NCBI GenBank assembly: GCA_951406725.2
Contig: OX597830.1
Location: 40,486,001 to 40,550,000 of the forward strand
Direction of reading: 5' to 3'
Source of the DNA: Octopus vulgaris
Lineage: Eukaryota
Length of the DNA: 64,000 bases
Below the pieces are notes generated by a model that worked only from the letters and a program-made list of their open reading frames with translations, made no database searches and was not told the origin of the DNA. The translations under genes were made by a program, and so were the position numbers. This document shows, in pieces, positions 52,971 to 64,000 of the stretch (position 1 is its first letter; each line of letters opens with the position of its first letter).

Positions 52971-54640
52971 TAATAATAATAATAATAACAATACTTTTTA
53001 CTATAGATACAAGGCTTGAAATTTGGTGGGGGAAGCTAGATGATTCCATTGACCCCAGCATTTGACTGGTACTTATTTTATCAACCCTGAAAGCATGAAA
53101 AACAAAGTCGACTTCGGATGCATTTGAACTCAGAATATAAAGACAAATGAAATGCTGCTAAGCATTTTGTCTGTTGTGCCAACAATTCTTTTGTCTTCTA
53201 GGCACAAGGCCTGAAGTTTTTGGTGACGTGGAGTGGTGGGGACAATCGATTAGATCAATCCCAGTATGCAACAGGTACTTAATTTCTCAACTCCCCCTCC
53301 CGAAAGGATGAAATGCAAAGTTGACCTCAGCAGAATTTGAACTCAGAATGTAAAAACAGACGAAATACTGCTAAGCATTTCGCCTGGTGTGCTAACATTT
53401 CTGCCAGCTTGCTCCCTCAATAATAATAATAATAATAATAATCTTTTCTTCTCTAGGCACAAGGCCCAAAATTTTTTGGGGAGAGGGCCAGTCAATTAGA
53501 TCAACCTCAGTACGCAACTGGTACTTAATTTATCGATCCCAAAAGGATGAAAGGCAAAGTCGACCTCGGTGGAATTTGAACTCAGAACGTAAAGACAGAT
53601 GAAATACTGCTGAGCATTTCACCTGGCGTGCTAACACTTCTGCCAGCACGCTGCCTTAATAACAACAACAACTAAACAAACATCACCTAGAGTACATCAT
53701 CATCATCGTCATCATCATTTAAGATGCTAGCATGGGGGTTGGACAATTAGAAATATTTGGGATATGGTCATACTACCACCACTACTACTATCACTTCTAA
53801 GACTACTACTACAACTACTACTACTAAGGTTGTAGTAATAATACCACCACTGTCATCACCATCATTACAATAACCAACAGCATCAGCAACAGTGTTCGTA
53901 GTAGTAGTAGTAGTAGTAGTAATGGCGACGGTGGGAGCAATAGTAGTGATGGTGGTGGTGGTGGCGGCAGTAGTAGTAGTAGTAGTAGTAATTGTGGTGA
54001 TGGTGGTAGTTGTGATGGCGGTGGTATCATCCAAAACTAGAAGAAAAAGTAAAGAAGAATAGGAAAGTGGTGGTGGTGGTGGGTGAAGCAAACAGGAAAA
54101 GCAGGAACAGCATGAAGAATGAAGCACACAAGAAGAAGAATGAAGAAAAACAGAAGAAAGGAAATAGGAAGAATGACAGAAGAACAAGAACAACAACAGC
54201 AAGAAGAAGAAAACAAAAATAATATATATGTGTGTGCGTGTATATCATCATCATCATCATCATCGTTTAACGTCTATGTATGTGTGTGCATGTATGTGCA
54301 TGTATATGTATGTGTGTGCATGTGTGTATGTGCATGTATGTGTGTGCATGTATGTGCATGTATATATATATGCATATGTGCATGTATGTATGTGCATGTG
54401 TGTATGTGCATGTATGTGCATGTATATATGTGCATGTGTGTGTGCATGCATATGTGCATGTATGTATGTGCATGTGTGTATGTGCATGTATGTGCATGTA
54501 TGTGCATGTGTATGTCTGTGCAGGTATGTGCATGCATGTGTGTGTGCATGATGTATGTACATGTGTATGTATGCGTGCACGTGTGAGTGTGTATGTAGCT
54601 TTCTTTCTAAACATATAAGAGAGAGAGAGAAAAAGACATG

Positions 54641-54702
<62 letters not shown>

Positions 54703-54937
54703 CTCTTATTCTTTTACTTGTCATCTGACTGCAGCCATGCTGGAGCACCACCTTTTAGTCAAACAAATCGACCCCCAGGACTTATTCTTTGTAAGCCTAG
54801 TACTTATTCTATTGGTCTGTTTTGCCAAACCACTAAGTTACGGGGATGGAAACACACTAACATTGGTTGTCAAGCGATGGTGGGGGGGACAAAAACAGTC
54901 ACACAAATACATACATAATACATACACACACACACAT

Positions 54938-54977
<40 letters not shown>

Positions 54978-55156
54978 TCATCATCATCATCAGGCACGTA
55001 AAAAGCACCCACTACACTCACGGAGTAGTTGGCGTTAGGAAGGGCATCCAGCTGTAGAAACACTGCCAGATCAGACTGGAGTCTGGTGCAGCCTCCTGGC
55101 TTTCCAGACCCTGGTCAAACCGTCCAACCCGTGGACATTAAACGATGATGATGATG

Positions 55157-55188
<32 letters not shown>

Positions 55189-55424
55189 GGGATGGGCTTC
55201 TTTCAGTTTCTGTCAACTGAATCACTCACAAAGCTTTGGTCGGCCCAAGGTTATAGTAGAAGACACTTGCGCTACTTAGTTGGACTGAACCTGGAACCAT
55301 GTGGTTGAGAAGCAAGCTTCTTACCACACAGCCACACCTGTGCCTGCATATATAAGTGTGTATATATAAGTCTATACACAAACACTTGTGCACTCAGACG
55401 CACACACACACACACATGCGAGAT

Positions 55425-56005
55425 AACATCATCATCATTTTATGTCCATGTTCCATGCTGGTACGTGTTGAATGTGTGTGTGTGTGTGTGTGTGTGCGCA
55501 TGTGTGTACATGTGTGCATGCTTGTGTGTACATGTGTGCATGCTTGTGTGTGTGTGCATGAGTGCATGTTTGTGTGTATTTACACTGAATATACAGATAT
55601 CATCATCACTCATTTTATGTCCATGTTCCATGCGGGTACGTGTTGAATGTGTGTGTGTGTGTGTATGTGCACACGTGTGTGTGAGCATTTGTGTGTGTGT
55701 GCACACATGTGTGTGAGCATGTGTGTGTCTGAGTGCATATATGTGTGTGTGTGAGTGCATGTGTGTGTGTGTATTTGCATATGCATATACAGATATCATC
55801 ATCACTTATTTTATGTCCATCTTTCAAGCTGGCACATGTTGAATGTGTGTGTGTGTGTGTATGTGTGTGTTTGTGCATGTGTGTGTGTGTGTCTGAGTGC
55901 ACATGTCTGTGTGTGTGTGTATTCATACATGCATATACAGGTATCATCATCATCATCATCATCATCACCATCATTTAATGTCCATGTTACCTGCTGGCAT
56001 GGGTT
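55425..56005 (-). repeat. Four tandem units of family C 3' end plus (GT)n
   Basis: catcatca..ttt(t)atgtccatgttccatgc(t/g)ggtacgtgttgaat repeated at ~55425, 55600, 55795 and 55945. Confidence 0.8.
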
Positions 56006-56635
56006 GTGTGTGTGTGTATGCCTGTACGTGCGTGTCTATAAATCTTTATTATGCATGCAGATATGTTTGTACAGAGTGTGCGTGTGTGTGTGCATGTGTG
56101 TGTTTATTGGGTGGTGGAAGGGAGGGAGGCTATAAGCGGTCCTTGTTTACACAAAGGAACAGAATCCTTGCTGCTCACGTTTGTTAATTATCTGAATAAA
56201 TAAATCCATAATCTACATAGCTGGCAGCTTAGTTTAGTGAGTAAAAAAAACTCGCGCCGGTCTATATACCAAAGGGAGATAATCGAATTACTGGAACTAA
56301 ACTCTAAATGCACAGACAAGAAGATGACATGGTCAGAAGTCAAACAGCATATTGGTCGACATTTGACCCCCAGATGAGCCCAAATCATGTAAGCTTATGA
56401 TCAAAGGCATTCCATCCATGGCAATCACATCTGCGTTTTTTTTTTCTTTTGGAGGGTAGTTTGACATAATAGGCACAGGTGTGGCTGTGTGGTAAGAAGC
56501 TTGTTTCCCAACTCCATGGTTCTGTGTTCAGACCCACATTGTGGCACCTTGGGTAATTGTCTTCTACTATAGCACTGGGCTGACCAAAGCCTTGTGAGTG
56601 GATTTGGTAGATAGAAACCAGAAGAAGCTCATCAT

Positions 56636-56726
<91 letters not shown>

Positions 56727-57510
56727 CATGTATATATCTATTTGTGTGTATGTCTTTCTGTCTGTTTGTGTCCCTGACAACTGCTTGACAACTGGTGTTG
56801 CTGTGTTTATATCCCTTTAACTTAGTGGTTCAGCACAAGAGACCGATAGAATAAGTACTAACCTTTAAAAATAAACAAAAAGAATAAGGCCTAGTGTTGA
56901 GTTGCTTGCCCAAAAACCCTTCATGGAAGTACCCCAGCATGGCCCCAGTCAAATGACTGAAATGAGTGAAAGATAAAAAGATAATGTATCTAGATAGTAG
57001 GGGTCTCTGATTAGAGGTAGCACTTTTGGTGTCTGGCAGCTGCACCTTGTTAGGGATGGTCACATGAAGAGGTATCACTGATCCTCATACAACTCCAAAC
57101 ACCCCCTCCCCATACTCCAGCTGGTTGAAAAACCAAGTGAGGAGATGATGTTGATACAGACACCTATGAATGAAAGACTCTGGGTAAGGCATCCCAAGGG
57201 GTCACCAGTTAGGGCTGAAGAACCTGGTTAGGTCAACAGCCTAGTGTTCAGGGCCAAGGCATGTCTCAAGTAGAGGCATAATATGTTGAAGCTATGAGTA
57301 ACCCATGTTTAAGTATTCAATTATTTCATGTGCTACTATTATTATAAGCAATCAACCAACTGACAAATCAATCAAGCCCAATCGATTTGATGGCAAATAG
57401 GTGTTGTGCAGAGGAATGGGTCATTTGTATAGTGAGGGCAGTGCACAAGCAGTGACATTATTTACATTATTTACATTTGACGTATATTTATCCTCATCTT
57501 GTTTGTTGTT

Positions 57511-57553
57511 AACACGTTTCGGCTGATACACCCTCCAGCCTTCATCAGGTGTC
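57511..57553 (-). ncRNA. Hammerhead core in the inverted arm
   Basis: GACAC-CTGATGA-A-GGCTG GAGGGTGTAT CAGCC-GAAAC-GTGTT (3 nt shorter at the cleavage site than the other arm). Confidence 0.6.
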
Positions 57554-57741
57554 TTGGGGAAACTTCGAACCTGGGTTCTCATTCCTAAGGTATTTTTCAT
57601 ATGGCATAGTGGGTAAGGGTGCGGGCTACTAACCCCAAGATTCTGAGTTCAATTCCAAGCAGTGATCTGATTAATAATAATAATAATAATAACATCGAAA
57701 AACACCTTAGGAATGAGAACCCAGGTTCAAAATCTCCCCAA

Positions 57742-57787
57742 GACACCTGATGAAAGCAGGAGGGTATATCAGCCGAAACCTTGTGTT
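57742..57787 (+). ncRNA. Minimal type-I hammerhead-like motif
   Basis: GACAC-CTGATGA-A-AGCAG GAGGGTATAT CAGCC-GAAAC-CTT-GTGTT. Inferred consensus GAAAC GUU / GUGUU pairs with GACAC. Confidence 0.65.
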
Positions 57788-58714
57788 AACAACAAACAAG
57801 ATGAGGACAAATATCTGTCAAATGTAAATAATGTAAATAGTTCCTCATCTCTTAAATATAGAACTGTACAAGCAGTGACAGTTCAAACCCTAGGTATGCT
57901 TGCTGTAGTGAATTCAAGTTCTTCCATGGGCCTGGGCAATGATTAGTATCCTCCTATTACAGTTCTGTTTCAAACAGAGTCACTCTGTCACCACCACCAC
58001 CACTACCACTTCACCAGAGTAAGACTCAATACAAATAAGTAGGAATCACGACCAAAACAGTAATATTAACATTGAAGAAAACAAATCAGTGTTTAAAAAT
58101 TACCCAAGAATTTGTATAAAAAAAAATTAAGGCCAAAAAAAAAGCCAGAATTTAGATTTAGCTTTGACTAAAAGTTTGTTCTGATATAGAAAATAAACTT
58201 TTATCTCAATTAAAGATCAATTAGCTTCAATGGATATTGATTTCAAAAGAAGAGTCTTAATTTGTTAAAGATGCCAGAGTTTATTTTTTTAATTTTGTTG
58301 TTTGGTTTTTTTTATTTTTTATTTTCTTTTTTTTTTTGTTGTCCTCTTTTACCTTTCTTTTATTAGTTTAAATGTAATTTACTTTGATAGATTTATATTC
58401 AATTTTCCAGCAATTTACGAAAAATGTCATGATGTCACTTCATGATTGCTGTTTTGGGTTAGTTTTGTTTGTTTTTACTGTTTTTGTTATTTTTTTATTA
58501 AAAAAAAAATCATAAAGCTATTTTATCTTTCTTATTAGACTTTATTGAAAGTCTTCTGGAAATCAATTCCTGAAATAAAACTGAACTTATAAACAGTCTG
58601 GCTACAATCATAAATGAGTAAGGCTACATGTAATGTGAAGCTTCTCTCACCTCATTACAGAAACAAGTCAACTATTGGACCCAAACTACTTTTTAAAAAG
58701 AGTTAGGGATTTTC

Positions 58715-59130
58715 TGATGCCACATAAAAAGCACTGGTGCAGGTGCCAGGTAAAAAGAAATGGTGATGGTACCAGGTAAAAAGAAATGGTGATGGTGCCA
58801 GGTAAAAAGAACTTGTGTAAGTGCCAGGTAAAAAGCACTGGTGCTGGTGCCAGGTAAAAAGAAATGGTGATGGTGCTAGGTAAAAGAACTGGTGATGGTG
58901 CCACACAAAAAGCAGTGGTGTTAGTGCCATGTAAAAAAAGCATCAATGATAGTGCCAGGTAAAAAGAACTGGTGATGGTGCCAGGTAATAAGAACTTGTG
59001 TAAGTGCCTTATAAAAAGAAGTGGTGATGGTGCCAGGTAAAAAGAACTGGGGCTGGTGCCAGGTGAAAAGATCTGGTGATGGTGCCACACAAAAAGCAGT
59101 GGTGTTGGTGCCATGTAAAAAAAGCATCCA
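58715..59130 (+). repeat. ~21-bp minisatellite (ggtgccaggtaaaaagaactggtgat) expanded within a family C element
   Basis: Direct reading. Continues into the family C tail at 59130-59260. Confidence 0.9.
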
Positions 59131-59687
59131 GTACACTTTGTCAAGTGGTTGGCATTAGGAAAGGTATCCAGCTGTAGAAGCCATGCCAGTGGCTCCCAGT
59201 CTTAGCTCCTGTCAAACCAGCCACATAAAATAAATCAGATGTTAAATGATGATGATGATGAGGAAGAGGAGGAGGATCCTGGGAGTAGCCTCTTTTACAT
59301 TTCTTGATCAATATCATTCATTAAGATAATGATTTTCCTTCTCATTACAGACTGGCACAACATATTTGGAATTAAATTTGTAAATAGTATTAGGCAGAGA
59401 TGTAGCAGCATGGTTAAGAGATATGTGGCCTTGGGTTCAATCTCACTGCATGACACATTGGGCAAGTGTCTTCAATTTATAGCCTGAGCTTACTAATGCC
59501 TTGTGAGTAGATTTGGTAGAAGGAAACTAAGAGAAACTCATGGCATGTGTGTGTGTTTGTGTGTGTGTATATATATATATATATATGTATTTGTGTGTGC
59601 ACTCCAGTTTTGAGATCATGTGATGGTTTTAAAAAACATCACTGTCATACAAGCAATGTTGTTCTCTTCCAGTGGAAAGTATATTTG

Positions 59688-59731
<44 letters not shown>

Positions 59732-60834
59732 AGCAGTGAGCTGGCAGAATCATTAGCATGGTGGGTGAAATGCTTAGCGGTATTTCATCTGCCACTACAT
59801 TCTGAGTTCAAATTATGCTGAGGTTGACTTTGCCTTTCATCTTTTCAGTGTCCATAAATAAAGTACCAGTGAAACACTGGGGTCAATGTAATTGACTAGT
59901 TCCTTCCCTTAAAATTGCTGCTCCTGTGGCAAAATTTGAAACCGCTATTATTATTGTTATCATTATTATGGCTAAGTCCCAACCCAGGCTGCAGCAACAA
60001 AGTCCACTTGCCACACTTCTCAGTCCATCATCGCTGCCTCAAGATCGAGGATACATTCCAGGCCAGTGTCTGCTATGGTGGCTTCCACAAGACTAATTTG
60101 GATGCTCCCAGTTCAGAGTGGTGCACGCAGTGACCAGATAGTCTGACCATAAGGAAATTATGACCTTGATTGGAAACAGGTGATAGTTGACAACAGGAAG
60201 GGCAACTGACCATAGAAATTCTGCCACAACAAATTCTGTTTGACCCATGCAAGCATGGGATAGTGGATATTAAATGATATTGACAATGGTGATGGTGATG
60301 ATGATAATGATGATGACGATGATGATGATAATAATGATGATGATGATGATGATGACGACGACGACGATGATGATGATGATGCTAACAGCAAAGCTGTATA
60401 TAGATTTATTAAACATGGGGCTCTAACATTATCTAAAAATTCAATATATATGTTATCTTATAATAATTTCTATGACTTCTCCTTATTTGTATTACCACTA
60501 GATATTAACATCTTGATGTTGATTTCAATGAATGAATACCATTTGTCTTATAAATTGTATGTATTCATATATACTAATAAAAAAACCCAAATGAAATGAA
60601 ACAAGACTATATATATGTACTCTCTCTTTACTCTTTTACTTGTTTCAGTCATTTGACAGTGACCATGCTGGAGCACTGCCTTTAGTCGAGCAAATCGACC
60701 CCAGTGACTTATTCTTTGTAAGCCTAGTACTTATTCTATCGGTCTCTTTTGCCGAACCGCTAAGTTACAGGGACGTAAACACACCAGCATCGGTTGTCAA
60801 GCGATGTTGGGGGGACAAACACAGACACAGAAAC

Positions 60835-61171
<337 letters not shown>

Positions 61172-63042
61172 TACACATATACAATTAAGATAAACCAATT
61201 ACCATTATCATACATTTTTTAAGAATGGTGGAATTAGTGAAATCATTAAAACAAAGGACAAAATGTTTTGCAGTATTTGTTTCGGCTTTTTATATTCTAC
61301 ATTCAAATCTAAATCCACTGTGGCTGTATGGTAAGAAGTTTGCTTTTCAATCACTTGGTTCCAAGTTCAGTCCTACTGTGTGGCACCTTAAGCTGCATAA
61401 AACCTTGTGAGTGAATTTAGTAGATGGAAACTGAAAGAAATCTGCTGTATGTTTGTGTGTGTGTATGTGGGGTGGGGGTGGGGTTAGCTCTGTGTCTTTG
61501 TGTCTGTGCTTGTCCCCCACCACTGCTTGACAACCAGTGTTGGTGTGTTTATGTCCCCATGACTTAGCGGTTCAGCATAATGAACCAATAGAATAAGTAC
61601 CAGGCTTAAAACCGTATATAAATACTAGGGTTGAGTCATTTAACTAAAAATATTCTTCAAGGCAGGGCTCCATCATGGTCGCAGTCTAATGACTGAAACA
61701 AGTAAAAGATTGTCAATTTTGCTTTTCATTCTGTCTGCCAGTCTGTCTGTCGCCCATTCTGTCTGCCTGTCTGTCTGTCTATCTCTCTGCCTGTCTGTCT
61801 ATCTCTCTGCCTGTCTGTCTGTCAGTTTGTCTGACTGTCTGTCTGTCTGTCTGTCTGTCTGGTTGGGTGACTTGCCCAGACTAATTCCCTAATTCCCTCT
61901 CCCACGACAAATGTCCCTATCTTCCACCTCAGTCTTTCCAAAAGCTGATTGATATATGCTCTTTTGTATATGTGTGTGTGTATCTTTATTTCTCTGCTTG
62001 TCACCACCACCCCTTGACAACGGTGCTGGTTTGTTTACATCCCAGTAATTTAGCAATTCAGTAAAAGAGACCAATAACATAAGTACAAGATTTACAAAAA
62101 AATAAAGTGCCTGGGGCTGTAATTCATTTGACTAAACCCTTAAACCCTTCAAGGTGGTGACCCCAGCATGGCCGTAATCTAATGACTGAAGGATAAAATA
62201 TAAAAGAAAAGGTTGGACACAACAATTACAGATATAAAAAAAAAGATCAGTAAAAATGTAAAAAGAAACAAAAACAAATAATTTTTAATGTAAATAATAT
62301 TAAACACAAAACACAACAGTTGGAGATAGAAGAGACAAATACAGATTTACTGATGCAACTCAAACCACATATCGAGATAAAATAATATTGTTAAAATAGC
62401 AGAAACAAATTATTGTATGTAACTCAAGAAGATACATCGGTCAGGCGATCTGTAGTGTTATTTGTAACGCAGTCAACCAGTAAGCAATAGATACATGATT
62501 TAAGTCCCCTGTCAGTAGACTTGATTCTCTTTTCTGTTTCATATTAATGCCTGTGATGTCTAACTATAAATATTTCTAAGAGACAAGCAGTGAAAATCAG
62601 ATTAGAGTCATTCTGTGAACATATATATGTACAGAGAGAGGTCGTAAGAAAACTGTGGCCAAGAGAATTAATTATTCAACTGCAAATCCTGATCAAATTT
62701 TACCTTCTTCTGATAGAAACTTTTTATTAAAGCAAATGTCGCCTATTGCATTTATAATACGTAGCTCTTCCTTTGTTCATTCTTGTGTGGATTGGTTAGG
62801 TCTGCAGCACAACAACCACAGGAATGGATGATCCACCTCTGTACCACGTTCCCCATAAAGAATTACAACTATACACAAGTGAAGTAGTGTTCTATATATT
62901 ATAACATGTGTAACAGGTAGCAAAGGGTTTCATGGATGGCTGCACTAACTGACATTGACAATCAGATGATGCGAAAAAAAAAAGAAAAAAAGCAGAAAGA
63001 AGAAGAGGAAAAAGGGGAAGCCATTTAGACAAAGTGAAAAAA

Positions 63043-63073
<31 letters not shown>

Positions 63074-63310
63074 GAGTAAGAATTGTGTGCATGTGTGTAA
63101 CAAACAGCAATAAAAGAGATGCAAGAAGTGATAAAAGCAAATTAATCTACCAACTGAGAGAAATACGTGAGCATATGCGTGTGTATGTGTATATGGATAT
63201 ATATATATATATATGTATATGTATATATGTTTAAAGCATACATATATACACACACACACACACATATAATACATACTCACATACATATATGTCAGAAGCA
63301 CCTTTATCAC

Positions 63311-63358
<48 letters not shown>

Positions 63359-63577
63359 GGCACCAAGCTGGCAGCATCGTTAGCACGCTGGATGAAATGC
63401 TTAGCAGCATTTCGTCTGCCACTATGTTCTGAGTTCACATTCTGTTGAGGTTGATTTTGCCTTTCATCCTTTCAGGGTCGATAAACTGAGTACCAGTGAA
63501 ACACTGGGGCCGATGTAACAAGCTAACCTCCACCCCACAAATTCCAGGCTTTGTGCCTATAATAGAAAACATTATTA

Positions 63578-63797
63578 TTTATTTACATTATTTATATTTG
63601 ACAGATATTTGTCCTCATCTTGTTTGTTGTTAACAGCCTTCATCAGGTGTCTTGGGGAAATTTTGAACCTGGGTTCTCCTTCCTAAGGTAATTTTTGATG
63701 TTGTTATTATTATTATTAAGGTCACTGCCTGGAATCGAACTCAGAATCTTGGGGTTAGTAGCCCGCACTCTTAACCACTACTTTTAAATACAGAACT

Positions 63798-63799
<2 letters not shown>
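63578..63799 (-). mobile_element. Family E copy (inverted arm with internal HHR deletion, followed by the plus-strand 3' terminus)
   Basis: Tail 63578-63700, head 63720-63781, then ttaaatacagaactgt matching the 3' end of the 57458-57867 copy. Confidence 0.8.
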
Positions 63800-63844
<45 letters not shown>

Positions 63845-64000
63845 AATAATAATAATAATATCATTATCATTAGGGCAGCAAGCTGGCTGAATCGTTAGCA
63901 TACTGGACAAAATGCTTAGTGGTATTTCACCTGTAGCTAGATTCTGAGTTCAAATTCCGCCAAGGTTGACTTTGCTTTCCATCCTTTCAGGGTCAATAAA

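Larger units (their letters stand above)
57458..57867 (+). mobile_element. Family E: tRNA-headed hammerhead retroelement with inverted 5' arm and 13-bp TSD
   Basis: TSD acaagcagtgaca at 57445-57457 and 57868-57880. Inverted arm 57458-57598, tRNA-like head 57599-57670 (A box tggcatagtgg, B box gagttcaattcc), (TAA)n, HHR tail, 30-nt 3' extension. Confidence 0.85.

Noticed and set aside
53768-56187. Many Cys/Val/Met/His/Thr-rich ORFs
   Set aside because: Translations of (GT)n, (ATGTGC)n and (TAG)n microsatellites
57599-57670. tRNA gene
   Set aside because: A/B boxes are present, but I see no complete cloverleaf or terminator. It is the head of a dispersed repeat, as are the other tRNA-like segments.
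58686-59144. 152-aa repetitive ORF or array
   Set aside because: Minisatellite expansion inside a family C element

Overview
AT-rich eukaryotic, repeat-dominated DNA. It is very probably coleoid cephalopod (Octopus-like), inferred from the SINE families and the extreme (TA)n/(CA)n/(TAA)n/(GAT)n load. No intact protein-coding gene can be supported, and almost all listed ORFs are microsatellite or repeat artefacts. The window is a patchwork of several tRNA-derived SINE families, RTE, CR1-type, L1/Tx1-like and R4/Dong-like LINE fossils, pogo, mariner, hAT and piggyBac-type DNA transposon relics, and Helentron-type (HINE) elements. The most striking unannotated signal is a set of about 10 minimal type-I hammerhead ribozyme (HHR) motifs from at least 6 distinct short repeat families, many in inverted (foldback) arrangements inside microsatellites, plus a decayed Penelope-like (PLE) reverse transcriptase. 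One family (4 copies or fragments) combines a Pol III tRNA-like head, a (TAA)n spacer and a hammerhead-bearing tail, with a 13-bp TSD and PLE-style inverted 5' duplication. It looks like a PLE-mobilised, ribozyme-carrying SINE. Several unique islands carry minus-strand splice-acceptor-like signals and may be small or alternative exons of an unidentified host gene (low confidence). Repeat boundaries are by-eye estimates unless TIRs or TSDs are quoted.
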